Origin: Bacteriovoracaceae bacterium | GTDB taxonomy: Bacteria > Bdellovibrionota > Bacteriovoracia > Bacteriovoracales > Bacteriovoracaceae | Direction: 5' to 3' | Length of the DNA: 64,000 bases | Assembly (NCBI GenBank): GCA_048270185.1 | Contig: JBLWTJ010000001.1 | Span: 1,120,001 to 1,184,000 of the forward strand | Program-made: the position numbers and the translations under genes | In this document: piece after piece, positions 10,113-18,702 of the stretch | How the letters are laid out: the number at the start of each line of letters is the position of its first letter | Position numbering within the stretch: position 1 is the stretch's first letter | Notes under the pieces: model-generated | The model's database searches: none | What the model saw: only the letters and a program-made list of their open reading frames with translations | Told to the model about the DNA's origin: nothing

Positions 10113-11081
10113 ATTAATATATTAGCCGTTGTAATCTTTATTTTTCTCTTTGGAATCGCTTCGATGGGCTACGTGTACGCAATTCGTGGAAGTGAGCGCT
10201 ATGATAGTTTAAACTTCTATCTGAGAAAGGGCTGGCCAATCTTTGCACCTCTTAACTGTCTTCTATACATGTTCACAAAGAAGAAGGCCGCAAAGCCGAT
10301 CATGAATATTGCCGATTTCCCTGAACTGAAAGCTGTTCAAGATAATTGGGAAATAATTCGCGACGAGGCCGTCTCTCTTAGAGAAAATGGATATTTTGAT
10401 AAAGTAAAAGATCCAAATTCAAGTGCCTACTATGATATTGGTTTTAGAACTTTCTATAAGTACGGGTGGTCAAAATTCTATCTAACTTGGTATGGAACAA
10501 CCCTTAAGTCTGCAAAAGAGCTTTGTCCTAAAACTGTTGATATTGTTTCAAAGGTACCAGGCGTAAACGGTGCCATGTATTCAATTCTTCCAGTTGGATC
10601 AAAATTAACAAAGCACCTTGACCCTGTAGCAACTTCTCTTCGCTATCATCTTGGACTTAAAACTCCAAATGATGATCGTTGTTACATCAACATTGACGGA
10701 ACTGATTACTCTTGGCGAGATGGAGATGCTCTTTTATTTGATGAAACTTACCTACACTTCGCATTTAATAACTCTGAAGAAGAAAGAATTATTTTAATGC
10801 TTGAGGTAGATCGTCCAACGAATATTCTAGGAAAGATCATCAACTTTTTTTATAAGCAAATTATGAGAATTACTCTTGTACCAAATATTCCAGGGGATCA
10901 AAGAGGTCTTGTTAATGCGATTTTTGGAGCAGTAACTCCTGCTCTTCTGAAAGTTAGAACTCTAAAAGAGACAAATCTCTTTCTTTATAAAGTCATAAAG
11001 CACACAGTTAACTTAACTCTATTAGTAATTGTCTTTGGACTACTTTATTTAGCTCTAAGCTTTATCCAATCATTATTTTGA
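10113..11081 (+). CDS. Aspartyl/asparaginyl beta-hydroxylase family, LpxO-like lipid A 2-hydroxylase
   Basis: GWSKFYLTWY, HLDP...SLRYHLGL, WRDG..LLFDETYLH.A.N motifs; start possibly ATT 10113 rather than ATG 10164 (see findings). Confidence 0.85.
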   Translation: MNILAVVIFIFLFGIASMGYVYAIRGSERYDSLNFYLRKGWPIFAPLNCLLYMFTKKKAAKPIMNIADFPELKAVQDNWEIIRDEAVSLRENGYFDKVKDPNSSAYYDIGFRTFYKYGWSKFYLTWYGTTLKSAKELCPKTVDIVSKVPGVNGAMYSILPVGSKLTKHLDPVATSLRYHLGLKTPNDDRCYINIDGTDYSWRDGDALLFDETYLHFAFNNSEEERIILMLEVDRPTNILGKIINFFYKQIMRITLVPNIPGDQRGLVNAIFGAVTPALLKVRTLKETNLFLYKVIKHTVNLTLLVIVFGLLYLALSFIQSLF

Positions 11082-12662
11082 GAAACTAGAAGCAACATAT
11101 GCGGCGACGTAATCTTCAAAACCTACGTCGTCGAATTTTTCAAATTCCACTTGTCTTTGTACTGACGCCAACTTTTCCTTTTCCAATTCATCTTGAAAGA
11201 CATTATCAATATCTTGGTCAGAAAGTTCTTTGCGGTGCTTTTTTGCAAGATCAAGCATTGTTCGGATATGGCCTTCACGAGAGACAAGATCAAAGACTTG
11301 TTGAGAAAGAATATTCTTTGAATCAATTAACTGACGTTGAGATGAAATCGCGCTTAAAAGCTCATTCTTTCTATCAGAATCTGAAAAACTTCCAATCACT
11401 TCAAACATAAGACTAAAGAACTTCTCAAGGTATTCAGAGTAGACGACTTCCACACCATTGTCTTTTACTCTCACACCTTCCTTGCGCCCATGCTTGATAA
11501 TAATTTGATTATTCGAAATAATCTCATCATAGATATCTTTTGTGCATTTTTCCGCAGGAACAAGAAGACAAGTCATTAAGAATGCATCTAAGAAGTTTGT
11601 CTGCTCAATTGTAATTCCATTCTTTGCAAATGGATTAATATCAAGAAGTCTAACTTCAATATATTCAATCCCCTTACTTCTTAGACTTGCCAGCGCACTC
11701 TTTCCTGTTGGCGCGACTCTCTTTGGTCGGATGATTGAGTAGAATTCATTCTCAATCTGTAGAATATTTGTGCTAATCTGCTGGAGATTCCCATTGGCAT
11801 CTCTTAAACCAATTTTATCAAAAGGTGCGTAATTTCTTTGAAGGGCACTCTCTAAACTATCGCAGTATGAATCAAGCCCGTTGTAACAAATTCTAATATC
11901 GTCCTGAGAAGCTCCGGTGTAACCAAGGCCTCCCATTCTTAAGCACGTCCCTTCCAATGTCCCATAAGTTTTTCCAAATTCTGGATCATCATGAAGAAGC
12001 TCTAAGTGATGTTTCTTATTTGCTAAGAATGATTCGTGGACCGCCACAGAGTTTCCAAATAAGTAGAGTAAGATATTTGAGTACTTTCTAAAGTTGCGAC
12101 AAAGATTTAAATATTCACGATTAATAAATAATTGAAGAGGCTCTTGTCCACCTTTTAGCTCATGCCAATTTCTCCAAAAATCATCATGCATTGAGAAGTT
12201 ATAGTGAAGACCAGCAATAGACTGCATTGATCGGCCATAACGAAGACCTAGACCCGAACGATAGAGAGTTTTTAAACGGCCAGAATTACTTTCACCATAG
12301 TAGGCCAATTTTATTTTACTATCATCAGGAAGAATTGATGGCATCGAAGAAGGCCATATAACTTCAGTATCATCTTGTTTAAGAACATAATTTTGAACAT
12401 TACTTAAAGTTTTTAAAACTTCAGAGTTCTGACGAGAAACAGGAGTAATGAATTCTAATAGACTTTCAGCAAAATCAGTTGTGATCCACTTATGCATAAG
12501 CTTAGAGCCAAATTTTGGGTCGTGATCGGTCTGGGCCAATTCCCCTGTTTTTGAGTCTGCTCTTAGGCCTTCTTTTTCAATACCTTTATTATTTTTTAGT
12601 ATTGATTCACATCCATATTTTTCTTCGTATTCTTCAATTAACTTTTTATCAAAATTACTCAT
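11073..12662 (-). CDS. gshA: Glutamate--cysteine ligase
   Basis: GIEKEGLR, ITTDFAESLLEFITP, GLHYNFS, LQIENEFYS.IRPK, GIEYIEVR.LD.NPF. Confidence 0.95.
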   Translation of the reverse strand: MSNFDKKLIEEYEEKYGCESILKNNKGIEKEGLRADSKTGELAQTDHDPKFGSKLMHKWITTDFAESLLEFITPVSRQNSEVLKTLSNVQNYVLKQDDTEVIWPSSMPSILPDDSKIKLAYYGESNSGRLKTLYRSGLGLRYGRSMQSIAGLHYNFSMHDDFWRNWHELKGGQEPLQLFINREYLNLCRNFRKYSNILLYLFGNSVAVHESFLANKKHHLELLHDDPEFGKTYGTLEGTCLRMGGLGYTGASQDDIRICYNGLDSYCDSLESALQRNYAPFDKIGLRDANGNLQQISTNILQIENEFYSIIRPKRVAPTGKSALASLRSKGIEYIEVRLLDINPFAKNGITIEQTNFLDAFLMTCLLVPAEKCTKDIYDEIISNNQIIIKHGRKEGVRVKDNGVEVVYSEYLEKFFSLMFEVIGSFSDSDRKNELLSAISSQRQLIDSKNILSQQVFDLVSREGHIRTMLDLAKKHRKELSDQDIDNVFQDELEKEKLASVQRQVEFEKFDDVGFEDYVAAYVASSFSK

Positions 12663-12719
12663 AATCATCCTTAAATTCCCTCTATAGTACGATTATAAGA
12701 ATCTGCGATCAAGTAATAG

Positions 12720-13742
12720 TTAATAATCTAGAAGTCCAATACTTATAGGTAGTTCGTAATTTATACCAAATGCAAAGTCATCATTCTTCGTTTGCCCAAG
12801 CATCAAGGCCAGATTCTGACTCATCTCGCCATAGTATCTAAATAGTGCAGGATAGAGGTTTAATCTGACTCTAAAGTCTTCTGAGCCATTTAAAAGTAGT
12901 GATGCTGATTGACGCCCCATAGTTTCAAGATAGTAACCGTAAACAAAACGCCCTTTTCTCTCAAGAGGATCTGTGAGTGCAAGACCTGCAACAATTGAGT
13001 GAGATAAGTCACCACTGTCAAAGGTTAATCCTCCCATATTCATCATTCCTAAATAAAGAAGAGGTCTAATATTGCTAAACTGAAGCATCTCTGGACGAAA
13101 AACATAGTTTAGGCCCACGTTGAAGAAATCTTCATGCTCAATCTCATAAACTGGCATGAAATGCCAAGTTGTCATACCCATGTCATAGACCATGAAGTCC
13201 ATGAAAGTATCATTCATCCCAAGGATTAAACCTGCTACATCAAAGAAGTATAGATCTGCGATATGGTCAAATGACTTAACTTCTTCTTGTCTTGTCTCAT
13301 TGGCCTCATTACCAAAATGCATCGCATAAATCGTTGCAAAGGTCCAAAATTTGGCCCACTTAATATCGTAGTAATCCGCATACTCCATTAACTTATTGAC
13401 TTCATAGGCACTACCAAAAGTATGAAGAAAGATATTTGGAAGAACGCGGTCGCTTAGAAACTCTTCCTTAAAAAATTCTCCCCATCCTCCATCGTTTTTA
13501 ATGGATTTAAATGGGTTTTTAACCTCATCCCAAACTTCCTTATGCTTTTTCCAATAATCTTTTTGGTCAAACCAGTACGGGTTCTGAATGACGTCAAAAG
13601 AGCCATTGACATAGAGTTGTACAGGGAACCAAGCACCATCGTGGATTGGATCAAATAAGCGATAATCACTCTTTTTAAGCTCTTCTTGAGCGATAGAAGA
13701 AAATGAAAAGATAATTAAAAAAAACACATTTATTAAGCGCAT
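12720..13742 (-). CDS. Secreted/membrane protein, DUF3943-like N-domain plus beta-rich C-terminus
   Basis: Signal peptide; N.xxH.xGS, E.xE and DLY motifs resembling the divergent neighbour. Confidence 0.5.
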   Translation of the reverse strand: MRLINVFFLIIFSFSSIAQEELKKSDYRLFDPIHDGAWFPVQLYVNGSFDVIQNPYWFDQKDYWKKHKEVWDEVKNPFKSIKNDGGWGEFFKEEFLSDRVLPNIFLHTFGSAYEVNKLMEYADYYDIKWAKFWTFATIYAMHFGNEANETRQEEVKSFDHIADLYFFDVAGLILGMNDTFMDFMVYDMGMTTWHFMPVYEIEHEDFFNVGLNYVFRPEMLQFSNIRPLLYLGMMNMGGLTFDSGDLSHSIVAGLALTDPLERKGRFVYGYYLETMGRQSASLLLNGSEDFRVRLNLYPALFRYYGEMSQNLALMLGQTKNDDFAFGINYELPISIGLLDY

Positions 13743-13789
13743 TAACTATTCACCTTATTATTGGCCAGAATGAGAGAATCTTTATATAT

Positions 13790-14440
13790 ATGACGCAAGT
13801 GAAGACATTTATTAAGTATTTAACATTTATCTATCTTGGCGCAACACTCTTGTTTCAAGCTAATTCTTTAGCACAAGAAAGTTACTTCTACAAAGATAGA
13901 GAACATACGAAAGATGAAATATATAACGATATTAAATTTGTCTTTGGTATTTCCATTATCGCCTATCCTCTAACTCAATGGGATACCGTTAGAAATGATG
14001 GTTCATGGGACGTTTATCGTAAGAACTTTGGTCGCATTGTATTTGATCGCGATGAACCATTTTGGAATTATATGGTTCACCCATACACTGGTTCACAAAT
14101 GTTTCTTTACTACCGCGCTAGGAGTTATAGTTACGCCGACTCACTGGCCCTAACTTTTGTCTCAAGCACGATATTTGAATTCTTCATTGAGGTTTATACA
14201 GAACCGGCTTCTGTTCAAGACCTTTATCAAACGCCTGTTCTTGGTGCCGTTATGGGCTATGGACTTGAGCAGCTTTCAATGAATTTACTTAATAGTAATA
14301 GTAAAGTGAGTCGCTTCTTCGGACATATAATAAACCCGATGACAATGTTCCCTTCTATTTTTGAAGGACGAACACATGCTGCCATCATTCCAAACTTTGA
14401 CAATAAATCAATAGGATATTTTATTCATGCGCAGTTCTAG
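13790..14440 (+). CDS. DUF3943-domain protein
   Basis: D.D...WNY..HPY.GS...RA...S..FEF.IE...EP.S.QDL..TP..G pattern. Confidence 0.75.
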   Translation: MTQVKTFIKYLTFIYLGATLLFQANSLAQESYFYKDREHTKDEIYNDIKFVFGISIIAYPLTQWDTVRNDGSWDVYRKNFGRIVFDRDEPFWNYMVHPYTGSQMFLYYRARSYSYADSLALTFVSSTIFEFFIEVYTEPASVQDLYQTPVLGAVMGYGLEQLSMNLLNSNSKVSRFFGHIINPMTMFPSIFEGRTHAAIIPNFDNKSIGYFIHAQF

Positions 14441-15152
14441 ATTAATTGTGACATTTATTCTCCTCTTATTAAGTACTGTCGTATCAGCTAAACCATATGA
14501 ATTTTACCTCCGCGCTGGTCTAGCTCTCCAAAATACAATTTTCAATGAACTAAGCGATGATCAATTTGAAAACCGCTACAATATCGAGGACCGAGAAGAG
14601 TCTGTCGGTTTTGGTATGTATACACAATTCTCTTATCGATTTGAGAGAGTTGAGATTGGACTAGAGTCTCACACAACATTTGGAAAGGCCCAAAACCTTC
14701 AATTTGCTTATCAAAATAACGTGCTTTCTGGTTCAGGAAATTTCAGTGCATTTGATATCAGCTCGACTCTACGTTTTAATACGAGAGAATTTGAAATCAA
14801 AGAGCTTAAATTTATCGGATTTAAAAGATTCAAAGCATATGTAAAGTTTGGTCCGAGTTGGTTATTAAATTCAATACGTCTCGATGACTTTAATATCGAT
14901 CCACAAGGAAAGAAATTAAAACTCAACTATGACTCTTTCGGAGGAGTCCTTGCTGTTGGAATAGAGCAAGTAAAAGAGATTGGACGCTTCCCATTCTTTG
15001 CAGAAGTATCAGTCGCTGCATATCGATCTTATAAAGCAACTCTAGTTGATCGAAGTGATCCGACAAAAGTTATTATTTTAAAAGAAGATAGTGCTCGTGA
15101 AGATATTAATTCATTTTCTATTTTCTATAAAATTGGAGCAACTCTATTTTGA
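14427..15152 (+). CDS. Putative outer-membrane beta-barrel protein
   Basis: Signal peptide, amphipathic beta strands, C-terminal YKIGATLF. Confidence 0.65.
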   Translation: MRSSRLIVTFILLLLSTVVSAKPYEFYLRAGLALQNTIFNELSDDQFENRYNIEDREESVGFGMYTQFSYRFERVEIGLESHTTFGKAQNLQFAYQNNVLSGSGNFSAFDISSTLRFNTREFEIKELKFIGFKRFKAYVKFGPSWLLNSIRLDDFNIDPQGKKLKLNYDSFGGVLAVGIEQVKEIGRFPFFAEVSVAAYRSYKATLVDRSDPTKVIILKEDSAREDINSFSIFYKIGATLF

Positions 15153-15643
15153 GCAAAGAAGTCACATTACAAGATATTGAAGTTATTGAAGCTTTTCTTA
15201 AAAGACCAGCACGTGGAATCCTAGAAGTTTCAGCAAGAACAGACAAAGGACTTCCCGCGAGCATCAAAGTAACTCCTGTCGTAGACGAAGTTCCATTTCC
15301 TACTATTTACTGGCTAGTTGATCCAATTGTTTACAAGTCCATTAGTCAAATTGAAGGTGCCGGCTTCACAAAAGAGCTTCAAGAAAAGATTAATGCAAGT
15401 GACGAATTAAAAGCACAAGTTAAAGAAATTCACGAGTCTTATCGAGATGAAAGAATAAAATTATTTAAAGACTTAAATTTAAGTCTTCCTGAAAATATGA
15501 TGCCAATGATTACTGAGACCGGTATCGGAGGCTTAAGAGACTTTCATCACCTTAGATGCCTACACATGTTCTATGCTTTCCACTTAGTCAAACCACATAT
15601 TATTGGTCAGATGGTAGATGAGAAATTAAAGTCACAAGATTAA
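15149..15643 (+). CDS. DUF501-family protein
   Basis: PFPTIYWL, GIGG, RCLH..YA motifs. Confidence 0.85.
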   Translation: MSKEVTLQDIEVIEAFLKRPARGILEVSARTDKGLPASIKVTPVVDEVPFPTIYWLVDPIVYKSISQIEGAGFTKELQEKINASDELKAQVKEIHESYRDERIKLFKDLNLSLPENMMPMITETGIGGLRDFHHLRCLHMFYAFHLVKPHIIGQMVDEKLKSQD

Positions 15644-16068
15644 ATTCGTCGTTGTCGATTGGCCATCATATGATGGTAGGTAAACCCTAAAGTCCAAAGA
15701 ACAGATACTCCAATATGTAGATAAGCGGAAGCCTCTCGAAGCCAATTAACATCACTTATTTGGATGGCGTAGCCACTTAAACTCATGATAAGAAGCAAGC
15801 CTAAAAGAAAAATACCTGATGTTCTCGAATTAGGGTAACCAATTCTAATTCTCTTCCAAATGTGATTTGTAAAAATCACTCCCACAAAGAATAAAAGAAA
15901 AGGAACTGAGAGAATATGTATTTTTTGAAAGATAATACTTAGAGGATGAGTCTCACTTCCCCACTCTCCTTCAATTGACATAAAATACTTTGCAATAAAG
16001 TAGATAATACTTGTGAAAGCAACAAAGTAATTTGTGAAGAATATATTATTTCTTTCAACTGTCGTCAT
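15640..16068 (-). CDS. Four-helix membrane protein with conserved His (cytochrome-b/DUF4405-like)
   Basis: 4 TM segments with His in KIHIL, NHIW, LHIG, YHH; last gene of the porin-FMN operon. Confidence 0.55.
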   Translation of the reverse strand: MTTVERNNIFFTNYFVAFTSIIYFIAKYFMSIEGEWGSETHPLSIIFQKIHILSVPFLLFFVGVIFTNHIWKRIRIGYPNSRTSGIFLLGLLLIMSLSGYAIQISDVNWLREASAYLHIGVSVLWTLGFTYHHMMANRQRRI

Positions 16069-16072
16069 GGGA

Positions 16073-16585
16073 TTATTTTAGCATAGATTTTTCTAAATAT
16101 AGAGAAAGCCACACTAGAAATCTCGTACTTGATGCAGATAGAGTTGCACCTGAAATTGAGTCGATTTCATCGACCATCGTTGTCGTAAACTTTTCTAACC
16201 AGGTCCTTTTGACTTTATACTCAGCAGGTTCTTCAAATCGTACGATACTAATATCGGATACTTTATGATTAACCACGTGAACATGGAGAACTTGCTTCTT
16301 TGTTCTAACAATATCAGAGAAGACAAAGTCGTAACTCACCTTCTTAGAGCAATTTCTCTCATAGAAAGAATAAAATTGTTGAACTTTTTTTTCTGGAAAT
16401 TTTTTAGAAATCTTATTGAACTCTGTATCTGTGAAAAATTTAGACTTCTCTGTAAAAATACAATTAGGGTATTTCTTTTCAAGAGTTTCTTTAATTCCAG
16501 CAGAAACTGAAAAGGAAAAAAAGAAAGCGAGGAAAATAAATTTCCTCGCTAAAGAATATAAATTTAAACGGCTTAGTATTCCCAT
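16073..16585 (-). CDS. Extracytoplasmic FMN-binding (flavinylation substrate) protein
   Basis: Signal/TM segment; IDSISGATLS flavinylation motif; F.EP.EY motif. Confidence 0.8.
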   Translation of the reverse strand: MGILSRLNLYSLARKFIFLAFFFSFSVSAGIKETLEKKYPNCIFTEKSKFFTDTEFNKISKKFPEKKVQQFYSFYERNCSKKVSYDFVFSDIVRTKKQVLHVHVVNHKVSDISIVRFEEPAEYKVKRTWLEKFTTTMVDEIDSISGATLSASSTRFLVWLSLYLEKSMLK

Positions 16586-17691
16586 CCGATACCAAAGTTA
16601 ACTTCTTCAGATTCACCAGTTTTAGCAGCATTTGTACGCTTAGTGAAATCTGCTTTGAAAGCAACCTTATCAAGTGGCTTATACATAAGACCAGCAGTTA
16701 AGTTTTCTTTGTCGTTAGCTTTATCAGCTGTTCCAACAGCAGCATCAACTTCATCTTGAGTGTTGAAAGATTCATATCTTACATATGGCATGATTGCATA
16801 ACTCTTACCGTGAGTTACGTTATATGAAAGATCAACATAGTAACCTTGCATAACATCAGCAACAACACCACCTGAAACATCAGAGAATGCTTTACCATCA
16901 AGAGTTGAGTAAACATAAAGAACTTTAGCAGTTAGACCTTTAAAGTTATATGTTGCATGCACATCGTAAATATTGTGTTCTGCTTGAGCATCACCATTTG
17001 TAGTTCCCATATAAAGAGAAGCACCAAGATCTAGACCAAAGTCAAAACCGTAATCAACACGTGCAACGTGTGACCAGTGACCAGCAACGGCCTTTGCACC
17101 TTTTTGACGGCCATCACGAACACCTGTCGCGCTAAAACCTTTTCCGTCAGCAGTGCTCCATCCCTCAAGAGAGTTCATGAAGTAGTACTTGTAATCAAGG
17201 TTCTTCCAAGTACCATAGATTCCAATACCGTTTTCACGCATAGTCGTTGGGATAATCTTTGACTCTAGCTCTGGACGCTTAACACCAATAAAACGAGTTG
17301 GCTCGTGCTCAAGGTTAACAATCCCAAGTGGTGATAGAAGTAGACCAGCTTTGAAGTTTAACATTTCGTTATGAGAGTAACGAATCTCTGCAAACTCAGT
17401 GTAGATTTCATTGGCGTGCTCAATTTCGATTTCAGTCATGAATGACCACTTATCGCTAAATTGATAACCAACATATAGTACGTTTCTTAGAGTATCCCAT
17501 TGAGCACTACTTTCAGAATTGTCAGTAAAGATAACTTCACCATAACCACCAAGGCTTACTTTAGATGAAAGTCCCTTTGATTGAATATTTTGTACTTCTT
17601 TCGTTAGAATATTAATTCTTCTTTCTAACTCTTGTGTTGTTGCAGCACTTACAGTGGCCGTAGCAAGCAACATAATAAACAACTTCTTCAT
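16573..17691 (-). CDS. Outer-membrane porin
   Basis: Signal peptide, short coiled coil, LGGYGE, EIEIEH, HEP..F..V.RP, beta strands, C-terminal FGIGWEY. Confidence 0.8.
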   Translation of the reverse strand: MKKLFIMLLATATVSAATTQELERRINILTKEVQNIQSKGLSSKVSLGGYGEVIFTDNSESSAQWDTLRNVLYVGYQFSDKWSFMTEIEIEHANEIYTEFAEIRYSHNEMLNFKAGLLLSPLGIVNLEHEPTRFIGVKRPELESKIIPTTMRENGIGIYGTWKNLDYKYYFMNSLEGWSTADGKGFSATGVRDGRQKGAKAVAGHWSHVARVDYGFDFGLDLGASLYMGTTNGDAQAEHNIYDVHATYNFKGLTAKVLYVYSTLDGKAFSDVSGGVVADVMQGYYVDLSYNVTHGKSYAIMPYVRYESFNTQDEVDAAVGTADKANDKENLTAGLMYKPLDKVAFKADFTKRTNAAKTGESEEVNFGIGWEY

Positions 17692-17711
17692 TTGTTCTCC
17701 TATTACTAGTA

Positions 17712-17731
17712 TTGTTTGAAATATCGAACAA
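17712..17731. promoter_or_regulatory. Palindromic operator upstream of the porin operon
   Basis: TTGTTTGAAATATCGAACAA imperfect 20-bp palindrome about 20 bp upstream of the porin start. Confidence 0.5.
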
Positions 17732-17769
17732 ATGGTAAAGGTATCTAACTAAAAGGTCAAGAATGTTAT

Positions 17770-18687
17770 CTATTTTCTCGAGGCACCACGCTCAAGAATG
17801 AAGACGAAGAAGAAGCCAATTACTATTAGAGCAACGGCAATCATATCGTCAGTTCCAAGCGAGCTTGGAAAATAAAGTGCTTCGGAAAGAATTTTTGTTT
17901 TGCCGCGAACCACAATCGAGTCAGTAACTTGTCTCCATGGCCAAACTTTTGAAAGTGTTCCAAGAAGAATTCCTAAAAGAAAACTCATGGTACGATTTTT
18001 AAAGTGAGACATGCAGTAGTTTAAAACCTTTGAGAAGCTTAGAAGCCCCGTTAAAGCTCCACAAGCAAAGACAGCAATTATGACTAAGGCACCTTCTTGA
18101 AAAGGATTTTTGATTGCTCCAGTAATGAACTCATACTTACCTAAAATAAGCATTAAGAATGATCCCGAAATTCCAGGAAGAATCATGGCCGTAATACCGA
18201 TAAGCCCACAAATAAAAATAAACCATGGTGCTTCTGGCGTATCAACAGGAACAAGTTGTGTCACAAGATACCCAAGAACAGTACCAGCAACTACCATCAA
18301 AAGGTTCATTGGATTTTTTCGATCATCAAGATCACTTGCAATAACAATGATCGATGATGAAATTAAGCCAAGAAATAATCCCCAAGTTGGCACCGGATGA
18401 TAATTAATTAAATAATGCATAAGACGAGCTAGAGAAAAGATTGCTCCGAGAATCCCTACAGCTAAAGGAATGAGAAATTTTAAATCAATTAGCTCACTAA
18501 CTCTTTTGAAATTAAGTTTAAGTGCAGCAAAGACTAATTCTTTATTAATAGCTGCTACAGTTGCAAGAAGTTTATCATATATCCCGGTTATGAAAGCGAT
18601 TGTACCACCAGATACACCAGGGATTAAATCGGCCATCCCCATTAAAAAACCCTTAAGGAAGATGACCACGATTGATTTATTTATCAT
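17770..18687 (-). CDS. DUF368-family membrane protein
   Basis: KG..MG.AD.IPGVSGGTIA.ITGIY and AMILPGISGS motifs. Confidence 0.9.
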   Translation of the reverse strand: MINKSIVVIFLKGFLMGMADLIPGVSGGTIAFITGIYDKLLATVAAINKELVFAALKLNFKRVSELIDLKFLIPLAVGILGAIFSLARLMHYLINYHPVPTWGLFLGLISSSIIVIASDLDDRKNPMNLLMVVAGTVLGYLVTQLVPVDTPEAPWFIFICGLIGITAMILPGISGSFLMLILGKYEFITGAIKNPFQEGALVIIAVFACGALTGLLSFSKVLNYCMSHFKNRTMSFLLGILLGTLSKVWPWRQVTDSIVVRGKTKILSEALYFPSSLGTDDMIAVALIVIGFFFVFILERGASRK

Positions 18688-18702
18688 TACTATAACTCTT
18701 TA

